64,000 bases of DNA from a virus. The notes below the pieces were generated by a model. It saw only the letters and a list, made by a program, of their open reading frames with translations, did not search any database and had not been told where the DNA came from. The stretch's first letter is position 1, and every line of letters starts with the position of its first letter. The stretch is taken from positions 1-64,000 of the IMG/VR virus record IMGVR_UViG_3300020156_000021. The stretch is one strand, 5' to 3'. Positions 45,897-54,872 of this stretch are shown piece by piece. Both the position numbers and the translations under genes were made by a program.

Positions 45897-46394
45897 ATGA
45901 ATCTAATAGATTTATTAAAAAATAAGAAGGGAAAATTAATACTTCCCTTCCTTATTTTTTGTAAAAAGGAATTCTTTATTTTTCTAGTAATAGGTATGGT
46001 GTATTTTTCTCTTGAAGGATTATATCGTGGGTGGACTCATGGGTTAATGATTATCATCGGCGGTTTATGTGGAATGATTCTCGACCTTTTAACAGAATAC
46101 AAATGGTTTTATCAGTTGAAAATGTATCAAAATTGTTTCATTGGACTTTTTATCATTTGGGTTATTGAATTTCTAAGTGGATATATATTAAGAAGTCTAG
46201 GAATAGTTATATGGTACTATACGGGTTTTGGCAATATATTGGGGTTAATATCTATTCCTTTTGGATTATTGGTATTCTTACCTCTTATTCCTTTTTGTAT
46301 TTGGTTAGGAGATTATATAAGATACAAATTTTTTGGAGAAAGAGAAATATATCCTATTTGGGAAAATTATTTAGAATTATTTCAATGTAAGTAA
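45897..46394 (+). CDS. Multi-pass membrane protein (resembles the putative ABC-transporter type IV / CmpB-like family)
   Basis: 4-5 TM segments. EFLSGYILRSLGIVIWYYTGFGNILGLISIPFG resembles the conserved core of that family. Low certainty. Confidence 0.45.
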   Translation: MNLIDLLKNKKGKLILPFLIFCKKEFFIFLVIGMVYFSLEGLYRGWTHGLMIIIGGLCGMILDLLTEYKWFYQLKMYQNCFIGLFIIWVIEFLSGYILRSLGIVIWYYTGFGNILGLISIPFGLLVFLPLIPFCIWLGDYIRYKFFGEREIYPIWENYLELFQCK

Positions 46395-46428
46395 ACATAT
46401 TAAAATAATTTAATATTCATATTTTCTT

Positions 46429-46473
46429 CCATGTGTAATATAATAATATTAATATAAATAATATTACACATGG
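46429..46473. repeat. Perfect 13-bp inverted repeat with 19-nt A/T spacer at the 5' end of the XerC-like gene
   Basis: CCATGTGTAATAT (46429-46441) and ATATTACACATGG (46461-46473). The right arm overlaps the RBS (catGGAGAG) of 46481..47464. Confidence 0.8.
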
Positions 46474-46480
46474 AGAGATT

Positions 46481-47464
46481 ATGGAAAACCCAATAAAACT
46501 AAATATATTAGCAAAAGCTAAAACTTTTCTTTCAGAAGCACAAATGAATCAATTACATATTATACTCGATGAAGAATTTACAGATAAACCAAAAGAAATA
46601 ACCGATTTAGTTGTAGTAACAAACATACATAATTATATCAAATTATTTCTAGTTGCTAAAAAGGTTCAAGGTTTAGCTGATAGCTCATTAAGAGCCTATT
46701 ATCTTGAACTTAATTGTTTTGCTAGGTTTATTTATAAAAATGTTGAGAATATAGAAGCAAATGATATTCGTAAATATATTGCTAGTGCTATGCAGAGAAA
46801 TCTTAAAGATACTTCAATTGCAAATCAAGTTGCCGTATTAAGGTCGTTTTTCACTTGGTTACAAAATGAAGGATGTTTAATTAAAAATCCAATGCAAAAT
46901 ATTAGTAAAATAAAAGTTGGTAAACATTTGAGAAGTCCATTATCTCAAAAGGAAGTAGAGATAATAAGAGAATCTTGCACAACACTAAGAGAAAAAGCAA
47001 TATTTGAGGTTTTTTATGCTACAGGAATTCGTGTGAGTGAGCTAATAAAGATCAATCAATCTGATATTAATTGGCAAACATTAAGCCTCAAGGTATGTGG
47101 TAAAGGAGATAAAGATAGAATTGTTTATCTGAATCATAAAACCGAAGTGATATTACAGAAATATTTACATAGTAGAGATGATAATAATTGTGCGTTGTTT
47201 GTTTCAGATAGAAAACCTCATAATAGGTTAGGTAAAAGAGCAATAGAAAAAATTGTTTCTAAAATTGGTTGTCAGTCTGAAATAGATAAAAGAGTATTCT
47301 GCCACCTCGTGCGTCACACAAATGCATCTCACCTCATTAATAGCGGAATGAGGATTGAAGAAATAAGTAAACTTTTAGGTCATGAAAGGATTTCCACAAC
47401 TCAGCTATATACTCAATTAAACGATGAAACTATAAGACAATCTTATAGACAACACATATCATAA
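46481..47464 (+). CDS. XerC/XerD-like tyrosine recombinase
   Basis: SAM-like N-domain (SLRAYYLELNCFARFI...IRKYI). Catalytic ATGIRVSEL (R), GKGDKDR (K), HLVRHT (HxxR), LGHERISTTQLYT (H, Y). Confidence 0.85.
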   Translation: MENPIKLNILAKAKTFLSEAQMNQLHIILDEEFTDKPKEITDLVVVTNIHNYIKLFLVAKKVQGLADSSLRAYYLELNCFARFIYKNVENIEANDIRKYIASAMQRNLKDTSIANQVAVLRSFFTWLQNEGCLIKNPMQNISKIKVGKHLRSPLSQKEVEIIRESCTTLREKAIFEVFYATGIRVSELIKINQSDINWQTLSLKVCGKGDKDRIVYLNHKTEVILQKYLHSRDDNNCALFVSDRKPHNRLGKRAIEKIVSKIGCQSEIDKRVFCHLVRHTNASHLINSGMRIEEISKLLGHERISTTQLYTQLNDETIRQSYRQHIS

Positions 47465-47537
47465 AATTAGTATTTGGTATAAACTTCTATAAGTTTGTAC
47501 AAGTTAATATTAGTACACACATCTTAATTTTCTTTTG

Positions 47538-47565
47538 AGAACGGTTTATTTACCGTTCTTTTTTT
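47538..47565 (+). terminator. Rho-independent terminator
   Basis: AGAACGGT ttattt ACCGTTCT followed by TTTTTTT. Confidence 0.85.
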
Positions 47566-47577
47566 ATAGACGTAAAA

Positions 47578-47619
47578 GGAGAGAAGGTATCCCTCCCCAG
47601 AGAACTCTACCCTCTCTCC
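47578..47619 (+). other. 12-bp stem-loop without a U-tract, upstream of the lysis cassette
   Basis: GGAGAGAAGGTA (47578-47589) pairs with TACCCTCTCTCC (47608-47619) with one mismatch. 18-nt C-rich loop. Confidence 0.6.
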
Positions 47620-47709
47620 TACTCCCCTAAAAATCCGATGAAGCATAATAAGTATAACATATTTTAGGGAGTGATGCAAACAACAAAATAAAATTTGGAG
47701 GACAATATT

Positions 47710-48105
47710 ATGAATGTTGAAGAAACAGTTTTTAAACATGAGGGAGAAATTGCTACGTTAAAATCTGATGTATCTACATTAAAAACTCAAGTTGAGGATT
47801 TAACAAGTGTAAGAGATGCAGTAATAAAATTAACAACAATTGAAGAAAAACAAGATAAACGTAATGAAAAAATTGATGAAATGTTTAATAGGCAAATAGA
47901 AGTTAATGCAGAAGTAAGCGGAACTTTAAAAGGAATAGATAAAAATTTAAATTATTTAAATACAAAAGTTGATACTCTTGAAGGAAAAGTAGAAAGTTCA
48001 AATAATAGAGTGGAAATTACAAAAGGTAAACTTTTACTGTATGGAACGATAATTACAGGAGTTAGTTTAGTTGCTTCTACAGTTTTACCATCATTATTTA
48101 AATAA
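47710..48105 (+). CDS. XhlA-like coiled-coil protein with C-terminal TM anchor (lysis accessory)
   Basis: Coiled coil followed by LLLYGTIITGVSLVASTVLPSLF. Sits directly upstream of the holin and endolysin genes, as in the PBSX xhlA-xhlB-xlyA arrangement. ATG 47710 lies after TGGAGG. Confidence 0.55.
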   Translation: MNVEETVFKHEGEIATLKSDVSTLKTQVEDLTSVRDAVIKLTTIEEKQDKRNEKIDEMFNRQIEVNAEVSGTLKGIDKNLNYLNTKVDTLEGKVESSNNRVEITKGKLLLYGTIITGVSLVASTVLPSLFK

Positions 48106-48117
48106 GAAGGTGATTTA

Positions 48118-48423
48118 ATGAAATTATTTCAGGGTTTTAAACTATTAGAATTCTCAAAGAAAATAGCCGTTGTGGTTATTCTAATAGACATTCTAAGTTT
48201 CATTTTTACTAATATTGCTTACATGGTTTGGAATAAAGACATCACTTTCATTTTGGAATATGCTCATACTCAAATGCTTATTATAATTTCTGCATATATA
48301 CTAAAGAGTGGTGCTGAAAACCTAATGAAAATAAACATAAGCGATATGTTTAGAATGGGTAAGAAAAGTACTACTGAAGAAACAACTATAAATAATCAAA
48401 CTAATTCTCAATCTCCCGTATAA
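48118..48423 (+). CDS. Putative holin
   Basis: 101 aa with hydrophobic helices (KIAVVVILIDILSFIFTNIAYMVW, MLIIISAYIL) and a polar C-terminal tail. Immediately precedes the endolysin. Confidence 0.55.
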   Translation: MKLFQGFKLLEFSKKIAVVVILIDILSFIFTNIAYMVWNKDITFILEYAHTQMLIIISAYILKSGAENLMKINISDMFRMGKKSTTEETTINNQTNSQSPV

Positions 48424-48436
48424 AGAGGTGAAATAA

Positions 48437-49186
48437 ATGGTTGCAGCTTCACAAGTAATTGATTGGTGTAAAAAGCAAGTTGGTACAGGTTATGTATATG
48501 GTTTACTTGATACTACTTGTACTATTGACTTACTTAAAGCAAAAGAAAAACAATATGGTAATCTAATGGGAAACGGTTATTATCAATTGAATGGTGACTA
48601 TACGAAAGGTAAATGTGCTAAATGGCTTAATAAATTAGTTTATGATTGCTCTGGTTTAATTAAATCAGCAAGAAAACATTTAGAAGGTATTTACAAAGAT
48701 GTCTCAGCACAAGGTACTTATGATCAATGTACTAAACGTGGAACAATAAAATCTATGCCTTTAGTACCTGGATGTACTCTTTATATGTATTCACCTAGTA
48801 AAAAACGTATGGGTCATGTCGGAATATACATAGGAAATGGAAAAGTGATAGAAGCAAGAGGAGTTGACTATGGAACAGTTATAACAGAACTATCTAAAAG
48901 AGCATGGCAATATTGGGGTTTGCTTGATTGGATGGAATATGATTTACCTACTGAAAAAGGAACTTCGAATATAGACACAGATGCTAAAGCTGATTCAGGA
49001 GATGCTACTACGCCTAAAACAGATGATATTTCTCGTGATGCTATTGATATTACAATTGATAATGCTATTTTAGATAAAGCTATTACATCTTCAGAATATT
49101 GGGAAAACGTATTGCGTGGGAAAGTACAGTGTAATCCTGAATGGTTAAAGATTTTATTAGATAATTATCATAAATTAGTAAAATAA
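48437..49186 (+). CDS. Endolysin, NlpC/P60 (C40) peptidase domain
   Basis: YDCSGLIKSA (catalytic Cys context) and GHVGIYIGNGKVIEA (His context). A C-terminal ~90-aa extra domain. Confidence 0.8.
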   Translation: MVAASQVIDWCKKQVGTGYVYGLLDTTCTIDLLKAKEKQYGNLMGNGYYQLNGDYTKGKCAKWLNKLVYDCSGLIKSARKHLEGIYKDVSAQGTYDQCTKRGTIKSMPLVPGCTLYMYSPSKKRMGHVGIYIGNGKVIEARGVDYGTVITELSKRAWQYWGLLDWMEYDLPTEKGTSNIDTDAKADSGDATTPKTDDISRDAIDITIDNAILDKAITSSEYWENVLRGKVQCNPEWLKILLDNYHKLVK

Positions 49187-49208
49187 ATAATATTAAGGAG
49201 GTATTATT

Positions 49209-49586
49209 ATGGATATTCTATTAGGTGCTGGATATTGGATTCTTATATCAATTATCGTACTTGGTGTAGCAATTCTAGGAATATATCTTAAAAAGAAATT
49301 TAATATAAAAGACGAAGAAATCGACTTAGGTAAAAAACTCATTGGATTACTTGTTTATATAGCTAAGAACAGTAAAATAAAATATTCTGGCAATATTGAT
49401 ATTGTAGCAAAATATGTTATTGATGCTATAGATTTTGTAGATGAATATGAAGATGCTGGAACCATTGAGGGCAAGAAAGATTTGGTATCTGAAAAAGCAT
49501 TAGCTATTTGTAGAGAGAATGGAATTAAAGTTGACCCAGAACTTGTGAATTTAGTGGATGATATCGTAGACTATTTCATACAGTAA
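49209..49586 (+). CDS. Small membrane-anchored protein after the endolysin
   Basis: N-terminal TM (LLGAGYWILISIIVLGVAILGIYL), AAGGAGG RBS. Confidence 0.55.
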   Translation: MDILLGAGYWILISIIVLGVAILGIYLKKKFNIKDEEIDLGKKLIGLLVYIAKNSKIKYSGNIDIVAKYVIDAIDFVDEYEDAGTIEGKKDLVSEKALAICRENGIKVDPELVNLVDDIVDYFIQ

Positions 49587-49720
49587 ATATTTTACAGTTA
49601 ATAAATCAACGATTTTATCATGTCTTGTAAGACTACAGCCGCAAGGGTTTAAGGGGACGAAAAATCCCCTCTAGCCTTACTGTTGACTCTGTTTAGCAGA
49701 AATTTTTATAATTAAATTTT

Positions 49721-49776
49721 ATAGGTAGTATTTACGCAACTGAAAGAGTTGTTTTGGTTGCGTTTATACTACCTAT
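49721..49776. repeat. Long imperfect inverted repeat next to the recombinase stop codon
   Basis: ATAGGTAGTATTTACGCAAC (49721-49740) against GTTGCGTTTATACTACCTAT (49757-49776); 18 of 20 positions are complementary. Confidence 0.7.
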
Positions 49777-49778
49777 AT

Positions 49779-51407
49779 TCATATATCAAACACCATTGCC
49801 CTTGGAATTACTTGTATTTTGTTTTTATAAAAAATTATTTGTTTAAAAGCATCCGCAATAGAAGCTTTCTTTTCGTCAAAATTCATATTATCAAATCTAT
49901 CTCTAATGTCAAGTAAACTTTTTATTTCTTTTTTCATACTAGTTTCTTGTTTTTCAGAATTATTTACCAAGTCTATTAATTTATTAAGTTTTTGTTCTAA
50001 AAGTTTAATATTATTTTCATTATTTTTCATACCATTAAAAAATGTCTTCATTTTAAAATCTTTATCCTCATCTTCACTCAATACTAATTTATCAAGTTCA
50101 TTTTGATATTTAGCAGTTCGCAAATTACATTGGTCTTTTTCTTTATTTAGATTCTGTATTTCTTGTTTCATTCTTGTGATATTTTCTTCTAAACAAATGT
50201 TTACATTTTTATTTAATAATTCAAAATCTATATTACAAAGAAAATCTTTTAAAGTATCTTCTACATATTTATCATATTTTATTCCAGAGAAATGTAATGA
50301 TCCATCATGATCTTTCCGGTTATTTCTTCCATTGCTACAAGTATATCTCAATGTTTGCATTTTTGTTGTTTGACCATCGGACTTTCGAATATATGTTTTT
50401 ATAGAATAATCAGTTTTTAATTTACTTCCACAATGACAATATGCTATTCCTGAACATAATAACTTACCTTTAGTTGATGTTTTAATTTCAAATCCTTTTT
50501 GTATTTTTCTTATACTCATTAAATTATTAGCTTTAACAAAAGTATCTTCATCTATTATTATTAAATCTTCTCTTACTGGTTTAGTTTTCCATTCAGATTT
50601 AGGATTAATAATAGTTTTATTTTGAGTACTTGTATGACAATTATATCTTTGTTGGCCTATATAAATAGAATTTCTAATTATTCTATTTATTGAATTATTT
50701 CTAAAAGGACATTCTTTAGCAATTCTTTCTTTATTTTCATTAATACTATAAGATGGTCTATTCTTATATCCATGTGAATTTAAATAAGTTGCTATCCTTC
50801 CAGAACCATAATTTTTATTAATGCATAAATTAAAAATTAATTTTACAATTTCTGCTTCAGAAGAACAAATCCTTATATTATATTTTACTTTTCCATTAGG
50901 TTTAATTTCTCCTGTTTGATAAACTTCATAACCATATGGAGGTATTCCCCCTGTGTATTCTCCTTCATTATTTAGTGATTTAATTTTATTCTTAACTCTT
51001 ATACTTGTTTTAACTGATTCATAATTAGCAACCCAAGAATTGAAATAATTTATTAACTTAGATTCCATAGTATTTGCTTGAATCAATTGACCATCATTTG
51101 CAGTATAAACTTGAATTCCAAGTTCATATAATTTTTGAATAATGAAAGGTGTTTCATCTTCCCTACGTCCCAAACGGTCGAACATGTAAATTACCAAGAC
51201 ATCAAATTCTTTATTTTCAGCCCTAGTTAATATTTCAAGTAACCCAACTCTTTGATTTAAAGATAATTTATAACCACTTATATCTTCTTCTTCTATTTCA
51301 AGATATATATCGAATTCTTTCTCTTTATCAAATTTTCTACATGTTTCTTGTTGGACTTTTAAATCTTGCATATCTGTACTACACCTATATAAATTTATTG
51401 CTCTCAT
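49779..51407 (-). CDS. int: Large serine recombinase (integrase)
   Basis: N-terminal resolvase motif YRCSTDMQ (catalytic Ser), recombinase domain, Cys-rich zinc ribbon (CSGIAYCHCGSKL...YTCSNG) and a C-terminal coiled coil. 542 aa. Confidence 0.9.
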   Translation of the reverse strand: MRAINLYRCSTDMQDLKVQQETCRKFDKEKEFDIYLEIEEEDISGYKLSLNQRVGLLEILTRAENKEFDVLVIYMFDRLGRREDETPFIIQKLYELGIQVYTANDGQLIQANTMESKLINYFNSWVANYESVKTSIRVKNKIKSLNNEGEYTGGIPPYGYEVYQTGEIKPNGKVKYNIRICSSEAEIVKLIFNLCINKNYGSGRIATYLNSHGYKNRPSYSINENKERIAKECPFRNNSINRIIRNSIYIGQQRYNCHTSTQNKTIINPKSEWKTKPVREDLIIIDEDTFVKANNLMSIRKIQKGFEIKTSTKGKLLCSGIAYCHCGSKLKTDYSIKTYIRKSDGQTTKMQTLRYTCSNGRNNRKDHDGSLHFSGIKYDKYVEDTLKDFLCNIDFELLNKNVNICLEENITRMKQEIQNLNKEKDQCNLRTAKYQNELDKLVLSEDEDKDFKMKTFFNGMKNNENNIKLLEQKLNKLIDLVNNSEKQETSMKKEIKSLLDIRDRFDNMNFDEKKASIADAFKQIIFYKNKIQVIPRAMVFDI

Positions 51408-51474
51408 AAGTATATATACTCCTTTACGTTAGTAGTTTAGTTTCTCCACCATAATAAATATTATAACATAAAAA

Positions 51475-51495
51475 ATAGAAGTGCGAGACTTCTAT
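51475..51495. terminator. Bidirectional terminator hairpin upstream of int
   Basis: ATAGAAGT gcgag ACTTCTAT, flanked by A-run and T-run on both sides. Confidence 0.55.
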
Positions 51496-51668
51496 TAATT
51501 TTTTAATAATTTAATTATAAATTCATTATGTAATTGTTCCTTTGTTTTGTCACATTTATTTTTATCAAATATTATTTGTGTTTTGAATCCTTTATCATCA
51601 ACATGTTCTAATATATTATCAATCTTTTCATATGTACGTAATCCAAATTTTACGTATTGCTTATTCAC
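51495..51668 (-). CDS. Possible 57-aa protein (below the ORF-track cutoff)
   Basis: Hand translation VNKQYVKFGLRTYEKIDNILEHVDDKGFKTQIIFDKNKCDKTKEQLHNEFIIKLLKN. GTG start after AGTGAGG. Confidence 0.35.
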   Translation of the reverse strand: MNKQYVKFGLRTYEKIDNILEHVDDKGFKTQIIFDKNKCDKTKEQLHNEFIIKLLKN

Positions 51669-51766
51669 AAATACCTCACTTTCCCATATATTGTTTCCTA
51701 GTTAAATATATGCTCTATGTATTGTATTATAACTTTTGTGTTTTGATGATATTTTCTTAATTTTTA

Positions 51767-52021
51767 TCATCTGAAATCGAACGCTTTAGCAAAAGCATCA
51801 AGGTCATCAATAATAAATAAGTCACTACTCCAATTCCCAGGCCAAACAGCATATAATGTTGTAATTTTCTTTAATGCTCGTTTATAAGATTCAAAAACTT
51901 CTTGTTTGTCAGATTTATTTTTATGGTGAATGCGATTTGTATTACCTTTCTTATCTACTTCAAAATAGCAAACTGTACTCATAGTATATGGGAAACAATC
52001 GGATTTTTTTGCGCTTCTCAT
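51767..52021 (-). CDS. Hypothetical early-region protein
   Basis: 84-aa ORF in the co-directional, tightly packed leftward array. Confidence 0.55.
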   Translation of the reverse strand: MRSAKKSDCFPYTMSTVCYFEVDKKGNTNRIHHKNKSDKQEVFESYKRALKKITTLYAVWPGNWSSDLFIIDDLDAFAKAFDFR

Positions 52022-52074
52022 TTTATTGTCCTCCTAATTTTTTATTTTAATATTGTTACAAAATTGTCTTTATA

Positions 52075-52479
52075 TTAAACATTCTTTGGTTTTTTGATTT
52101 CAATATCTATATAACCATCGTCATTCTTTTTTACAATTTGCCATGAATTGTATTGCTGATCTTTATAATTCCAAGGTACATAAAAACTAAAACTTTTATT
52201 GTTTTCATATTCTATAGTTATAGAAGTAATGTCTCCACCCGTATGTATTCTTTCATTAAAAGGTTTGCTAAAGTCGTAAGATGGTATTATCTCATTTGTG
52301 TTTTTTAAGCTAAGTTTAAAATAATAAGCTCTAAGATATTTAGAACAATCTCCATAATCTCCTTGAATAAAATATCTCGTTTTAAATCCATCAACAAGCA
52401 TTTTATCAATACATTTTGCTGGTATCGTATAATGTTCACAATTTTCTAGGGTAACCCCAATACTTTTGAATTTTCTCAT
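52075..52479 (-). CDS. Hypothetical early-region protein
   Basis: 134-aa ORF with GGAGAC-type RBS region, in the leftward array. Confidence 0.6.
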   Translation of the reverse strand: MRKFKSIGVTLENCEHYTIPAKCIDKMLVDGFKTRYFIQGDYGDCSKYLRAYYFKLSLKNTNEIIPSYDFSKPFNERIHTGGDITSITIEYENNKSFSFYVPWNYKDQQYNSWQIVKKNDDGYIDIEIKKPKNV

Positions 52480-52509
52480 TATTAAGTCTCCTTTATATTT
52501 ATATTAATA

Positions 52510-53244
52510 TTATTCTTCATCCATCATGTCATTTATCGTTTTCATATCTTCATCACTGATATCACGAAAAACTTGTTCATAATTAGTTTCTTTTGTATCT
52601 TCATACCCATAAAATTTACAATAACCATCAACAAAAACTTTAAAGTTAAAATATAATTCCTCTATACTATCTGCTGAAGAATTTATAATAGGTGGTTGAT
52701 TACAGAAGAAGCCATATTGGAATTCTTTAGAATACCCATTGTCATCCATAAACTTAGTAAATGCATCTAGCAGTTTTTTAAAATATTTACATTCTCCACG
52801 TTTTTGATTTTCATCTCTAAACGAATAAGCCGTTTCTATTCCGAGGTAATATAGTTTAGTATCTCTATTATAAGTAATATCAATATCGTTCACTGTATAT
52901 AAACATGAATCTTTACCAGTTAAATCATCCCAGGATTTAACACCCCATATGAATTTATAATAACCATCATCATATTCATTTTCTTCTTTAAAATCTGGAT
53001 ATTTCTTTTGTAACTTTTTAATGTGAATATTATGAAAATAGTTCTTCACTTTACCGAATATATCATATTTAATTTTGAATATTAATTTTTTACCGAATAT
53101 AAATGTAATAAATTTACTAATAGGATATCTAATAAATTTATACCACAGATTACTAACAGAAGGACAATCTTTTTCGCAATGATTATAACAATAGTCAAAA
53201 TCATTGCGGTGTTTGCAAAATACATAATTAAATTTTTGATTCAT
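52510..53244 (-). CDS. Hypothetical early-region protein (Cys-rich N-terminus)
   Basis: 244-aa ORF; N-terminal CKHRNDFDYCYNHCEKDC. Confidence 0.6.
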   Translation of the reverse strand: MNQKFNYVFCKHRNDFDYCYNHCEKDCPSVSNLWYKFIRYPISKFITFIFGKKLIFKIKYDIFGKVKNYFHNIHIKKLQKKYPDFKEENEYDDGYYKFIWGVKSWDDLTGKDSCLYTVNDIDITYNRDTKLYYLGIETAYSFRDENQKRGECKYFKKLLDAFTKFMDDNGYSKEFQYGFFCNQPPIINSSADSIEELYFNFKVFVDGYCKFYGYEDTKETNYEQVFRDISDEDMKTINDMMDEE

Positions 53245-53264
53245 TATTATTCTCCTTTATTTTA

Positions 53265-53468
53265 TTATTTTATATAATCCTTATACTTTTCTTTTAAATC
53301 AATGTTTTTTATATTCTCCAAAGTATTAATTGCCTTTTGAATATCAATATCTTCTTGTTTTAACTCTTCCTTAAATTCATCCCAGGTCTTTTTAGGCAAC
53401 TTACCTTCTCGAATAAGTTTCATTTGTATTAAAGATTTTTTAAGTGATTGTAAAATATTTCTTTTCAT
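53265..53468 (-). CDS. Hypothetical small protein
   Basis: ATG 53468 (MKRNILQSL...) follows GGAGG. The tracked GTG 53531 has no RBS. Confidence 0.5.
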   Translation of the reverse strand: MKRNILQSLKKSLIQMKLIREGKLPKKTWDEFKEELKQEDIDIQKAINTLENIKNIDLKEKYKDYIK

Positions 53469-53547
53469 TTTTCCTCCAATATTGTTATGAAAGTGATTAT
53501 TCATCATCATTTTTAATATTCTACTGCCCACTTCAGTAGATATTGAT

Positions 53548-54042
53548 TTATACCCTAAATGGTCTATTTAGTTTTAATTCTCTTAATTCTATACCTTTAA
53601 CATCTATTAATTCATCATAAAGTGCCCTTCCCAAACTAGTTGTATCAATATAGATTGTTGCAATTTCATCTTTTCCAATCATATTTACTATGAAGGAGGC
53701 ATAATCTTTCATTGAGAAATTGTCATAATGTAAAATGGTCATATTATTTTCATGATAAATAACAATTTTAAGTGGTTTTGTTCTTTCTGCTACAAGAACA
53801 TCAATATACATTATTTTATTAGGACTAGGTTTTTCTTTTATGTATAAATGTCTTTGTGCTTCATCTATCATATGTAATAATGTTTCTCTGGTTCTTGTAG
53901 TATTACTTCCAATTTCAACTTCATCGTATTCTTCTTGAAGTTTTAATAATGTTTTTACCTGAAATTCCATATTATAAGGAATCTCATATTTTTCTTTCCA
54001 TGCATTAAACTCTCTCTGAACTCTCTCGCTCAATTCTTTCAT
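53548..54042 (-). CDS. Hypothetical early-region protein
   Basis: 164-aa ORF in the leftward array. Confidence 0.6.
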   Translation of the reverse strand: MKELSERVQREFNAWKEKYEIPYNMEFQVKTLLKLQEEYDEVEIGSNTTRTRETLLHMIDEAQRHLYIKEKPSPNKIMYIDVLVAERTKPLKIVIYHENNMTILHYDNFSMKDYASFIVNMIGKDEIATIYIDTTSLGRALYDELIDVKGIELRELKLNRPFRV

Positions 54043-54134
54043 ATTTTTATTCTCCTTATATTTTTTATTTATATTGAACCTTGGTGGGTAAGGTTAATAT
54101 CATTTTAATATACAAACCTAACTATTAGTTATTT

Positions 54135-54509
54135 TTAGATTATAATTTTACCTTCTTGAATTTCTAGTAATAAACATAAGTCATTACCTGATAGTTCTTC
54201 ACTCATATATTTATCAGCACTAATTCTATTCTTAAAAGTTACATAATTTTTTATCTTAGGCTGAATATATAAAATTGACTCATCTTTATTAATAAATTCA
54301 AATGTTTTATCATGTAGATTGCCATTTCTGCCAAGTTGTAAAAACATTCTAATCAATATAACTTGAATATCTTTATCCATATGTTTTTCAAGTTGATGAA
54401 TATCTCGTATAAATTTATCTTTACTCCATTCTGATATTATAGTTTGAATTTTTGTTTCTAAACTTTCTGAAAATGTTTCTACAGTATTATTTTCTTCGTT
54501 AAGGCTCAT
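54135..54509 (-). CDS. Hypothetical early-region protein
   Basis: ATG 54509 (MSLNEENN...) is 6 nt after GGAGG. The tracked start is 54539. Confidence 0.55.
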   Translation of the reverse strand: MSLNEENNTVETFSESLETKIQTIISEWSKDKFIRDIHQLEKHMDKDIQVILIRMFLQLGRNGNLHDKTFEFINKDESILYIQPKIKNYVTFKNRISADKYMSEELSGNDLCLLLEIQEGKIII

Positions 54510-54578
54510 ATGAGTCCTCCTTCTGATGTTGGTCATCACCCTAAATTTATAATTAGGTTTGTATAAACTTTTTATTAT

Positions 54579-54872
54579 TTAGTACACAGTAATTTTAGGT
54601 TCACAATGTTTTAATAAATACTCTATTGCCTTTGTATATAATTGATGAAACTCTTCGCATTCATCATCTCTGAAAACGCTTTCTAATAAAGTCATTCCTT
54701 TCCCTATATGTTCTTCAGAATAACCTTCCTCCCTAAAATGGTCATAACATTCAATATAGTTATTACCGTATTTATGAAATTTGTCTGTAGGAAAATTTTC
54801 AATACTTAATCCGTTTTTTCCAAATACATATAGTTTAGTTATCATATTTTCACAACTTATTTTTACTTCCAT
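54579..54872 (-). CDS. Hypothetical early-region protein
   Basis: 97-aa ORF with GGAGAA RBS region. Confidence 0.55.
   Translation of the reverse strand: MEVKISCENMITKLYVFGKNGLSIENFPTDKFHKYGNNYIECYDHFREEGYSEEHIGKGMTLLESVFRDDECEEFHQLYTKAIEYLLKHCEPKITVY

Noticed and set aside
42025-47464. Invertible tail-fibre segment (Gin/Cin- or shufflon-like) controlled by the adjacent tyrosine recombinase
   Set aside because: There are no oppositely oriented alternative fibre C-terminal ORFs. The only minus-strand ORFs here (43252..43650, 44657..44866) are by-products of the GC-rich fibre segment. I found only a single copy of the 13-bp inverted repeat.
47524-47739. 71-aa minus-strand ORF between the recombinase and lysis genes
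   Set aside because: It spans a plus-strand terminator and the 12-bp stem-loop. It has no RBS, and its composition is dictated by the hairpin arms.
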